A stretch of 63,833 nt of DNA, the filler included, from Rhabdomonas costata (taxonomy: Eukaryota), in NCBI GenBank assembly GCA_019059605.1. It is 34 parts of 34 records of this genome, joined end to end, with 100 filler letters (N's around TTAATTAATTAA, not from the genome) between each part and the next. Parts side by side here need not be neighbours in the genome. Positions count along the whole stretch, not along the records: positions 24,458 to 26,238 come from JAHMHO010009159.1; positions 26,339 to 28,119 come from JAHMHO010009160.1; positions 28,220 to 30,002 come from JAHMHO010009161.1; positions 30,103 to 31,881 come from JAHMHO010009162.1; positions 31,982 to 33,762 come from JAHMHO010009163.1; positions 33,863 to 35,643 come from JAHMHO010009164.1; 28 more parts are not named here. The stretch is one strand, 5' to 3'. The translations under genes were made by a program, and so were the position numbers. The notes beneath the pieces were generated by a model. It made no database searches, had not been told where the DNA came from, and saw nothing but the letters and a program-made list of their open reading frames with translations. Of the stretch, positions 24,638 to 35,411 are shown in pieces (the stretch's first letter is position 1; each line of letters opens with the position of its first letter).

Positions 24638-25669
24638 GGCAGGTGACCTCGTCCATTTCTCCGGTTACTTAGGAAAAACTAGAGGACGCGAAGAACAATC
24701 AATTGAATTTGCGGCGACGAGATTGAATGACATCTGACAGTTTATGAATGAGTGTACGCAAATGTCCTACGGAATATTCGACATCAACAAGAAAGCCGTA
24801 CAGGCGTGATGGACCAATGCGGGGTAGCTGGAACCTCATCAAGCAGGAGCATGCCAACGCAGTGGCCCGACTGAAAGCGGGAGCGAACGAATGGGGCCAA
24901 AAAAAAAGGCCACGAAAGAAATGAGGCTACGTGAGGCACTCTCCCCGTTCCCTCTATGCGAAGCCCTGAACGTGCAACCCCGCCGTGCACCTCCAAAACC
25001 GCAATAAGGGTTGCCGGGAGGAGAACAGCCCTTGAGTGTCAATTCAATGCATGTTATTGCATCTTCTCTATCTCACTCTCAACACACAAGGGTAGTGATG
25101 ACGTGATGCCATAACGGTACCTTGTGCTTAGGGTGCTCTACAGGCCATACTACAGGGTATGGTTAGCCTCCACAACCAGTCCCTAACCCTCCATGTGACG
25201 CATGCCATTACTGCCATGGTAACCAGGCCCATGGGTTGATGTGCATAGCACTCGTGTTGCTAAGGTGGTGTGTCCTACCACTGACTGAGGCCCCATGATG
25301 GGTTACATTACGGCTCAGCCCAACCCTACAACAGGTGGTAACTTAGGCCCTGAGCTACTACACACAACATACCCTAGGTTCAACATGGGGCTACCACATC
25401 TACTACTAAGATACATAAGCGTGTGGTTCACCTCATGACCTAAGCGCACCCTACCGTAGTGAGTGGTGGCCTCATCCGTGGTTTACCAGCGTGCGTTGCC
25501 AGGCGTACCTGATCGAACCGTTCAGTCCAGCGCGGTCACCTCAACTTCGCATGCGGAACCTCTTCTACGCACGGTACTGGGGCCTGAGCTGCTGTCTGTG
25601 ATCTCTGCACTCGGATGGTTGATAAGAGAGCGGCGTCTGGCGGGTTTACACACCTCTCGCGGATAATAG

Positions 25670-26238
25670 AGACGAAGAGACACGACGAAAGTAGTAATGG
25701 AAACGGCACCACGCATACGACCAAGGCTACATGGATAAGAAGCACGAAACCAGAGACAGAAACCGCTACGCACCCAACACATCACGAACCACTTGACAAG
25801 CACTGAGACACAACCAACCAACGAGAACCGGCTACATGGATAATCTGCCTACCAAATCCATTCTTCACTGGAATAGGCGTTCCACCCCCTAACTGGTAGG
25901 AAGACAGAAACACATACAAGCACTGCAAGAGAGCATGGCACTAACATGAAGACAGCTGGTAGGAAGCACTTCAGAACCGTAGGACATCACCACCGTAACA
26001 TCAAGCACTCAACCAACACTGCATCCTACCACCAAGAAACACCAGCAGCCAACATCCATCACATCCTACACTAACACAACACTTACAGAGACAGGAACAC
26101 ACCAAGCACTTACACAACACCAGAGACAGAGAGAGCATGGCTAACAGGAACAGAGACAGACCATGACACCGTAACACCGTAACACCATGACACCATCAAC
26201 GCGTAAGAGACAGAGGGAGCATGGTAGAAGCAACAGAC
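25670..26238. repeat. Strongly strand-skewed A/C-rich cryptic repeat tract
   Basis: Recurring words CAGAGACAG, AAGCACT, CACCGTAAC, AGAGCATGG, GGCTACATGGATAA (x2) and CTGGTAGGAAG (x2); few T residues on the + strand. Confidence 0.7.
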
Positions 26239-26562
26239 NNNNNNNNNNNNNNNNNNNNNNNNNNNNNNNNNNNNNNNNNNNNTTAATTAATTAANNNNNN
26301 NNNNNNNNNNNNNNNNNNNNNNNNNNNNNNNNNNNNNNGTGTGTTTTGTCCGTGTCTCCGTTATGCTTGGTCTGAGCTACTTGCCAGAACGCCGGCTGTG
26401 CTCGGGCATAAATGCGCCGAGGGAGGCAAATGGTTGTCGCCCGCTTGGTGTTGGGCTCTCGAACCCCCTCCCAGAGACAGGATGGAGGCCTCTGGAGGGC
26501 GCAGATTTTGTCTTTATTGAGAGGAATGGGGCAGTTGTGTGCTGGACTTTTCTGCTGCTCAG

Positions 26563-27120
26563 GACGATGACATTGATCTTTTCGGTGAGCAGACCGAGGT
26601 TGGCCGCGATCGCGATATGCGCCTTTCTCTCTGTCTGTCTCTCGCTTTCACTTTGTGCCGTCCCACTTTTGGTGCATTTGGTGCAACCCACCATGGCGTT
26701 TTAACTGGAATGGGCAGCTCCTGCGTCCACATACTTCCTCTCACACACTCGTACCGTGTTCCCTCGAAACTCCTTCTACAATAACAAACACAACCGTGCT
26801 GTGCATCCCGAGATAGATGAGCCTTCACATAGACGAGCGCATAGGATTGTGCTGAGCCCCCTAGAAACCGCGGCTTAATTGTCATTAAGGTTTCCCAAGA
26901 ACCTCCGCTGAGCAGCAGAGGGGGGATCCGGAAGCCCGCCGAGGGGAGAAAAGACCTCCTCCGCAACAACAATGCCTTGTGCATGGAGTGCGTGTCTGTT
27001 TGTGGCAGGAGGAGAAGACTTTGCTGGCTGCCAAGAAGGCAGAGCAGAAGCCCGCTAAGGCCAAGGAGGCGGGCAAGTCCTCCCTTGTGATCGACGTGAA
27101 GCCATGGGACGACGAGACAG
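26563..27120 (+). CDS. EEF1B: Translation elongation factor 1-beta/delta fragment; exons 26563-26598 and 27009-27120
   Basis: Spliced DDDIDLFGEQTE|EEKTLLAAKKAEQKPAKAKEAGKSSLVIDVKPWDDET contains both hallmark motifs, DDDxDLFG and KSxxxxDVKPWDDET. GT-AG intron. Confidence 0.95.
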
Positions 27121-28298
27121 GTTGCGGGAGGGGCGGGAAGCGCATGCTTCTTCCCGGCCACCGATGTGTGCGTGGTGATTACCGTTCGGGATGGGATGAC
27201 CACTGGCTCTCACACGTTCAATGCTAACACCACAGCATATCATGTTCAACTTTCTCCCAGTTTCTCGAACCCCTACGAGATCTGCAACTTGTTTCGCCGT
27301 GTGGGCGCAAATGAGTAGCTAAGTGCGGATAAATAGTAACTATACAGTGATCCAAATGAAAGGTTAGAGGCCTTGCTCATCTTGACTTTTACTCATCCGG
27401 CGAAACTCCCCCCCTTGCTTTCCCAAGCGATGCAAGAACACAACTTGGCACAGGTCAGACTCGTGGGATGTTGGAATCACGTACTTGGGCCGCTCCGCTG
27501 CGATACGCAGCCCAAGACCCCTCTGCCCATGGACACACCCACTTCCTTGGAAACCTTCTATTCGAATCTCAGGGGTGCACGAATGGATAAATGACCCACA
27601 CTGCTAGTCTTATTTTGTACCATGGACATGTACCCCCTGCATACTCCCATACTGGAATCCCATGTGACAGCATCTACCGCCCTTTCAGTTCTGTCAGAGT
27701 CAGATTTACTCTTCCCAGAAGGAGGGGTGGGGCAAAAAAAAAACTCAACAACAGGAAGGTAGGTCGCAGTTACCATTTTTAGCCAAAGTATAACTGAAAT
27801 GTAAACTAGTGAGGCTAGCTCCACCCGGAAACTGAGAGATTAGTCTGTAACATTGCGAACAGAAGTCTTTATACCTGTTTTTATACCGCTGGTCTCAAAA
27901 ATGTAGTGTACGTGGAGTTGAGCGCAGCCCGTACATGAGGTTTTGACCTGGGAGGCAAAATACGGTAATGGAAAGGAGCTTTGCGCGCCGAAGGCGCGGT
28001 GATTTTAGGAGTCCAGTCCTTTCCGACTTTTAGGTTCACAGTGCAAAGGCGAAGTTTCGGCCTCAAGAACAGTCGTTTTGAAGATGACATAGGAGTGTTT
28101 CGGGTGGTCGGCGTGCACCNNNNNNNNNNNNNNNNNNNNNNNNNNNNNNNNNNNNNNNNNNNNTTAATTAATTAANNNNNNNNNNNNNNNNNNNNNNNNN
28201 NNNNNNNNNNNNNNNNNNNTTTTTACGTGTGATAAGGTGATGGCGCAATCGTTGGCATTCACTTAACTCCCCTCCGCATTTGCTTTTGTACGCGCCCG

Positions 28299-28301
<3 letters not shown>

Positions 28302-28333
<32 letters not shown>
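28302..28333. repeat. (CA)n microsatellite; similar tracts at about 17044-17070 (GTGA)n, 14611-14650 (AAAG)n and 46053-46077 (GT)n
   Basis: Directly visible. Confidence 0.9.
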
Positions 28334-28334
<1 letters not shown>

Positions 28335-28476
28335 CAATGAGTCACGCCAACCAGAAAACGCCGGGCACAAGCGGAGCGAAGGCAAGACAAAGGACTGCAA
28401 AAGGGCCGGGCCATCGGCCAGCGAGCTGTGCACATTAACACAAATAATCCTTCTCTCCTTTTATGGTTGGGGACAG

Positions 28477-29469
28477 GACATCCCTGACAGCTTCTCTCGG
28501 GTCATTCTGGCGGCCTCCCAGCAGCATGACAACGCGGTCATCTTTGAGCTTGCCGTGCGGGCTCTGGGCCTGCTGTGCATGGTGGACCTGGTACGCCGCC
28601 TTGCGTGCTGCCGGTTGCACAGTGTTTGAATGAGATGGGGGACACTCCCCCCCCCCCCCCCCCCCCCCCAATCCGCTGTGATCTGTCACGTCCGAAGATG
28701 ACTGATGAGGAGTGCGTTGCTGCTGATGTGCAATCCGTTAACTGTTAGTGTTTGTGTTTTTCCCAATCTGTCATCTCATCCTTTCCTTGCCAATCCTTTT
28801 GCTGCCTGCTGTGCACGACCCCGATTCCCTTGTTTTGCCTGTGGAGGTTGCTCTTTGCATATTCGATTGCTCATTAGTTGTGAACGGGAATTGTGGGTAT
28901 ATCGGATAAGCAAAATGATCAAAAGGACCTCTGTTCCGCTGACGTACAAGTCATAAACCACGGCCTTCGAGTCGATTGGGTGATTTTGTCGTGTGTCAAG
29001 ACTTGACTTCTTGCTGTTCCAATGACCCAACAGCTTCCTGGAGGGTTCGAACCTTTGTTCCTTTTTCTTCGGTGGTTCGGTGGTACACAGGTCACTGTGC
29101 CGACCTACCTGCCGATTTTCCTGCAAGCCTTGCGCCACTTCGCAAAAGCAGTCCGCGAAGTGGCCCTGAAGGTTTGCGCGTCCCCCCACTCTTCTCACCC
29201 ACGTGAGTTACTGACTTCTTGAATAGCAAAGGCCACCTCTCGTCGAGTCAAACCAAGCCACCTCGGCTGCTGCAGGGGGAAACGACGTTTGTCAAGTTAT
29301 CCGAATCCTTTTGGGGGCCCGATTAGCTCTGTCGGTTGTTTCCCCAATTCGCCTGTCATTCAATTTGTATTCGGTTTGTGGCAGGCTTGCTTTGACATCT
29401 TCCTGATCTGGGGCACGGCCACCGTGGAGCAGCAGGTCCAGGCCCTGACGTTTCCACCTCAGCCTGCGG
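28477..29469 (+). CDS. NCAPG: Condensin I subunit CAP-G (Cnd3/Ycg1) fragment; exons 28477-28590, 29091-29171, 29385-29469
   Basis: Spliced: DIPDSFSRVILAASQQHDNAVIFELAVRALGLLCMVDL|VTVPTYLPIFLQALRHFAKAVREVALK|ACFDIFLIWG. It matches the Cnd3 C-terminal HEAT region (lilPav...d..vRelalkcLGL.clld...a...l.lF...l.......i.AlkalFDlll..G). Two phase-0 GT-AG introns. Confidence 0.75.
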
Positions 29470-31786
29470 GTGAGTGGCTTTGCGTTCTCCCTGAATCGCC
29501 TAGTTTTGAAGGTCGAAGTCTCGACATTTCTCTCACCTGCAGCTCGAATGCATCCCGATCGCCCATTTTTTGTGTTGAGCATATCAGATTTTTATCGGGT
29601 GTTAGCTCGGGCTCGCTTGGTGAGAGCAGTTGGAATTGCTTCGGATGACGCTTCGGACCTATTGTTGAGATCTCTCATGTGCTCTTATGGGGCATAGGGG
29701 TGACCTTGCAGCATTTTGATGAGTCGCTCGCCGAAATAAGCGCGTGCTCGTGATCTCAGTGACCTCAAAACGCTGTACTGTCGGGTTGGAAAATCACCCA
29801 ATCCTGGGAAAATTGCCCGTTGTACTGCGGAGCGAGAGGGACATTTGGTTGCAGGTGCTTGTTTGGAGCACTGCTCGTATTTGAATGCAGCTATCAGTTG
29901 TTGTAAGTGTAGCCCGCCAGATTACGTAAGATTATTGCACTTTCGTTTTCTTCTCTCTTTAGCTGACCAATCGATGGTGAACGAGACCGTCACACCAACA
30001 CCNNNNNNNNNNNNNNNNNNNNNNNNNNNNNNNNNNNNNNNNNNNNTTAATTAATTAANNNNNNNNNNNNNNNNNNNNNNNNNNNNNNNNNNNNNNNNNN
30101 NNAATGAGACTTGCAATTGCAATGTTACGTATAACCGTTCACTAAGACTTTATCAATCCTGTCCTGTTGCCGCTGGTGACCTGAAAACCACCTCCAAAAC
30201 TTGGTGTTAAAGGGAAACGGGGACAGTTGTCATCAAAGCGCACAATTCTATGACAACGCGAAATTTAACATGAATTCACAACCCACAAAATGCACGTCCA
30301 AATCTTGCTGTGGGATCAGACGTTTAAAATGTGTGTGTGCGTGTGTGTTGGGCGCATAGGGCTTGTCCTGCATACATGGCTTCGCGTTATTTTATATTTT
30401 AGACGAAGCGCTACACATTTACACAGAAAAACTGTCCGGGTCACTTTAAAACTGAGAACGTAGAAATTTTCACAAGAGCGACCTTTTGGAACTCATCAGC
30501 ATAAAAATAGAGGAACAATGAAAAAATGAACTTAAATGGGAAAAAGAATGGGACATCTGTTTTTTGCTCCGATGTGTCGTGTTTCCTACGCTGCCTGATT
30601 GGATATCACGAATTCTCACTTTTGATGTGATGCGGGCGTGGGGACCGACACCATTCACATCCATCGTGAAAGAAGGCTGCCAGTGCACTTAGCTACCAAA
30701 AAAAATATGCACCGCAGGAATTAGTCTAAGAGCTTGACCTGAGCCACCCTCATTCCCCCTCGTAGGCTCTTTTCAATTACTACCAAGTAAAAATTACTAA
30801 ATCAGTATGAACCGCTGACTGAGCCTTTTGAAATCCTTTTTTCCTCCTTTGTTTTTTTTGCAGTGAATCAGCGCGCCATAAAATAGTCTACATTTCATAA
30901 TTTGGACGCAAGGACGCAATTCACCGGAAAGGTCACAAGGAACACCGCTTGGCGAGTATAGAGATCTCATGTGGGTACCCAACCTTCCTCGCTCGTTCAC
31001 TGCCCCCTGGGCTCAACTGCAGTTGCGGGCTGGGGGCCTCAATCCCACTCTAGCATTGGACTCGCTTTCCTGGTGACGGTGACGGGGCTTGACTACCTTG
31101 CTCTGTCCGTGATGCCACCTGGACCTCACTTCTCTCCACTCTCCACCTGCCCGGGCTTCTCTTCCTGTCTCATGGGCCCTCCGATTTGCTTCCGTTCTTC
31201 TTTCTGCTTCGAATATTGGGTCAGATGCGGAAACCATGCTCGCAAATACATACACACACTGCAAAAACCACAGCGAGCTGGATTCCCCCGCCCTAATCCC
31301 AGTTCTTCATTTTACGGGGGGTAACGCATCACCTACGTGAGCAGTGACGATCACTTTTATTAATGTTCGCTGTTACTTTTTTACGCATCACCTTTTATGA
31401 GATGATGCACGGCAGCCACATGAGCCCATCGGGTGGCCCGGCGCGTTCCCCGCGCAGTCATCGACCCCCCGCACGCTGCCACAACTGCAGCCCCAAGCGC
31501 AGCTGCCACAGCAGCGGCAACCCACCCGTCCAGGGGCTTGCCCGTATCCCCGGCACACTCCGCTGCGGTCATCGTGAAGCAAAAAGGAACGGAAGCTCAG
31601 CTCCGGTTACCGAGCAGCATCGGCATTATGTACACTGAGATGTGCTTTCCCACTGCACACCTCACAAACGTGTCGGTTGCGCAGCTCAAAGCTCAGTGTT
31701 ATGAGCAAACGGAGTCGTATTTGAAATTTCCGCGAAAAAGAAAGCACAATGTTAGTGTAAGCTCTCCGTCTTTTGAGGCGGTGGTA

Positions 31787-31872
31787 GTTACAAAAGGATG
31801 AGTGCTAAAGACAAGAAACGGAGCTTTCCGGAAAGCTCCGTTTCTTGTCTTTAGCACTCATCCTTTTGTAAC
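31787..31872. repeat. Perfect 86-bp palindrome at a contig end
   Basis: Centre at TTCC|GGAA (31829/31830), no loop, followed immediately by the C/A-only contig tail. Confidence 0.95.
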
Positions 31873-31981
31873 ACCCACCCCNNNNNNNNNNNNNNNNNNN
31901 NNNNNNNNNNNNNNNNNNNNNNNNNTTAATTAATTAANNNNNNNNNNNNNNNNNNNNNNNNNNNNNNNNNNNNNNNNNNNN

Positions 31982-33348
31982 GTGGGGTGTGGGTCTACCA
32001 ATGGCCTCGATCTGCTCCAACCGGTCAAGGCTTGGAGATAAACCACTGTGGACGCAGAGGGTGGTGCCATCGACCACGGCGGCCAGAGGAAGGCAGTCGA
32101 AGACCTGCAGATTTAATCGAAGTGGTATCAAATCCATTTTAAGAAGACGGGGAGAAGATGTTTTCGCATCCTTAGAAGAAATCAAATGAGCTCAGTCTCA
32201 GCCGGTGTGGAGCAGATTCACCCAAGGTTTTGAAGAGCCACACACAGCAAAAAAAAAAGGAATAAAAGCAGTGGAAACGGACGCACATTTCCTTCAGATG
32301 TCACTCGGCTCCAAGTTAGGACTTTGCGAGCTATCCAGCTATCCAGCAGGAAAAGAGTCCAGTGCCTTCTCTCCAGTGACATTGGCTTTGGGCCTGCCTT
32401 CAAGAAGGAGGAAAAGTGGGGAACTATTGAAATAATGGATGGCTGTACATAATAGCAGTCCTACAGAGCCGCCTAAAAGAAATTACCGGGAAAATCAGCC
32501 AGGACTATGAAAAACACTGTAGAACTCTGTAAAAAAAAAGCAAGGGCTCTTGTCTGGTATACCTGGTTCACCAGCTTCCAGTCTGCCACAGTGAGGCGCT
32601 TCTTCATCTCGTCATACAGCCCGTAGATGCGGTTGATTGCCGAGCACTCCTGCGCCCCCCGCAGCAGGAAGACCTCCTGCGGCCTTCGCAGCTTCATGGC
32701 GAACAGCAGCATCACCGTCTCTACATTTGCCCAGCCGCGGTCCACCAGATTGCCCAACACAAAAAGCTTTTGGCTGGGAAAGCGCTCGCACAGTCTGATC
32801 ACAGAGGAGGGACAGGTATCACAAAGGAGGGGCTAAATGTGAGAATCTGTGTGACTGTGGACGCAATTCAGCTGACACTTCTTTTTTCTCTGCGCTTGCG
32901 ATACTCTACGATTGAGCTTTGGTTTAGCAATGCAAAAATGGACTGACATGATGTTCAATTTAAGTTGAACGACTCTTCTTGAAATGCCGGCGCTTTCCCA
33001 GAAGTCGGAGGGAAGTCTCAGCATACTATGTGTGGTACTCTATTGCCATCCGAACGCAAACTTCTGAATACGTAAACCTCTGCTATTCCCAACCACCACA
33101 CCATCCTAGGAAGCAGGGGAAGCTGGAAGAGGAACACGCCTGGCAAGGTGCTGAGCGTCCCCCAGCTGGGCGTGGAGGTCCCCACAAATCCGAACGGGTG
33201 CCTGCAGCCGCAACAGGGAGGGCTCCCCTAGCAGCAGCGGCTGCACAGCCTCACACAGCTCACGGAAGGGTTCAAGCTTCGCAGCGGGGAGGTGCTGCCT
33301 CGGGCCAAGGGCCATGATGGCATCGTACACTTCCGTGGCCAGGTCCAT
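31982..33348 (-). CDS. PP1-like PPP-family Ser/Thr phosphatase with substituted catalytic motifs (probable pseudophosphatase); exons 33348-33140, 32794-32563, 32104-contig end
   Basis: Spliced: MDLATEV...[145 protein letters not shown]. Collinear with PP1 and free of stops or frameshifts. Confidence 0.92.
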
Positions 33349-34298
33349 GAGAAAAGAAATGGGACAAAAATGCAAACTGTTTGAAATCTGTTCTGTTAAC
33401 AGCGAGCCTTCCCCTGCCCATGCTTCGGTCAAGGTTGTCCCCGGAAACCGAGGATGATATCGCACTGAGCTTTAGAGTTCCCATGAGTCGTTCTTACCAG
33501 GAAATATTGAATACAGTTGAGGTGGGAAAGCGCGTTTGAATGCAACACTCAAGTCCACCCAACCGGTGACGGTTGCAATCGGACATTCTAACGACTGGCC
33601 GTTACCATATCAAATGTGATAAGCAGAAAAGTACAGCTGTGGTCATCCGCACATCCTGAAAACACCCATGTTTCCCAGAAATGGGACCGAAACTCGGAAG
33701 CTTCGAATTTACAAGAAGCAGTCGTGACGACATGGTTCACAACGGGAGACACCACAAACAACNNNNNNNNNNNNNNNNNNNNNNNNNNNNNNNNNNNNNN
33801 NNNNNNTTAATTAATTAANNNNNNNNNNNNNNNNNNNNNNNNNNNNNNNNNNNNNNNNNNNNTTTTGGTGTTCCTGTTCAGCCTTCTGCTGTGTACCGGG
33901 CATGTTTAGGTACGCCAAATCTTAGAATGATGGAAAGGAAAGGAAAGGAAAGTGAATCAGTGCCCAGGGTTAAAGCGGCAGAAAGATAACAAGAAGGAAA
34001 GGATGCTCCCGTAGGCGAGCGATGTGGGTGATTCCATTCGTTCACCTTTGGAGGGTCTTGCGGGAGGCTGCTCAGTGTGGCTAATCCGCTTGGACTTGCA
34101 CGTGCCATCCTCCTGCTCCTACTCACGGAAAGAGTGACCACCTCGAACGAACGCCAACTTTTCGTACTCTGCCCCGATTGCACAGAACAGTGGTATCCCG
34201 ATTTTGCATGCGCCCAATTTCCAGGGGGATTGCGATCGTTTATCTTTTTGCAGAATGTTCCTCCAATTTTAAAGTAGTCGGGAGAGGGGATTTGACTT

Positions 34299-35411
34299 AT
34301 GGATGTCTCGGTGGTTTTGGCTTTGCTCGACGGCGGCAAGGACAGTGGCGACTGCGTTCGTCAAGAGCTGGAGGTTTGCCCGTTTTTCCTTCGCAGGCTT
34401 CGCCTCACTTACTACGTGTTACTAAGCGCCTTGGGGGTGCAGACCTTTCTTGCCACATCCCCTTCCCGGTGCCCTGTGTGAATGCCTCCCTTTCCTCACG
34501 TCCCGTTTTTGTGCACTCTTTCCACATTCCACACGATTCCACTACACCCCCAAATTATTGCCCTTGTCTGACGTGTGCGATTCCGATACACCTGTTCTCT
34601 TTGTTGCAGTGCATCACCGTCTTTCCCACGTAGGTCTCGTTGACGAAGTTGGGGTCGAAGCACCCCACTGACTTTCTCATGCACGTCAACAATTACCTGA
34701 TGAAGAACCGCCGGGTACGCGCGCACTGCGACAATGTCGCGCTTCCCCACGCATATACCTCCCTCCCGATTCTGCGAAAGGCAGGACAAGTTGCTGGATA
34801 AATTTTCGCAGTGCTGTTCATGAAAATAATTAAAAAGCGGAGCATTACAGTATAACAGTGACTAAATCGGAAATGCGCGGGAATACTTTTAGGCCTTAAT
34901 TATTCTTTTGGTGATGACGCTGCATGGGAAAGGGCTTTTTCATCCCCACAGCTTGAGCCCCTGCACCTCACGGTGATCTTCAACGCGGTGTGGCGGGTGC
35001 TGCGAGATAAGGATTGCGCCCACGGGACGCATCCCAAGGAGGTACGTATTGAAGTGATCTCGGTGATTTTTGCACACGAAGGGTTGCTTGCGATTCCCCC
35101 ATCACGTTTGAATGATACTCTCACAGCCCCAGTATTTTAGTGCCATATTGACATTCCGAAGTCCTGTTTATGTTATGTTGTCACGCCTTGAGGTGTAGAA
35201 GGGTAGTAACGGTGTCTGAGCGGCACGGGCTCTTTTGTAGACCGAGGGCTCATTTTTAAGTTTTCCCATACAGCGCACGCACAAGGGCTTGCCGGTGAGC
35301 CTGAACAGGGTTTTTTCTATGACAGAGACAATCAGGTTTTCTTCTTCGCTCCTCATACAGCTGATCTTGGCGGTCGCGAAACTCGTCTGTTCAGAGATGA
35401 CAGCAGACAAG
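34299..35411 (+). CDS. MROH1: Maestro HEAT-like repeat protein (MROH1/SGR6-like) N-terminus; exons 34299-34373, 34634-34714, 34952-35041, 35361-35411
   Basis: Spliced over three phase-0 GT-AG introns: MDVSVVLALLDGGKDSGDCVRQELE|VSLTKLGSKHPTDFLMHVNNYLMKNRR|LEPLHLTVIFNAVWRVLRDKDCAHGTHPKE|LILAVAKLVCSEMTADK. It matches the MROH1 start (LLDa..D.d..V.e.v..aL..lG...P...L..c..YL....kL...hr..il..merVl...i..a.sEMT..K). Confidence 0.72.

Noticed and set aside
25480..25670. rRNA fragment, snRNA or SRP RNA
   Set aside because: No universally conserved rRNA, Sm-site or SRP motif was recognisable on either strand.
34696..34772. RCC1-like minus-strand exon (REVYAWGSATLSQC)
   Set aside because: It overlaps the well-supported plus-strand MROH1 exon 2 and adjacent intron, so it is probably a chance antisense reading.
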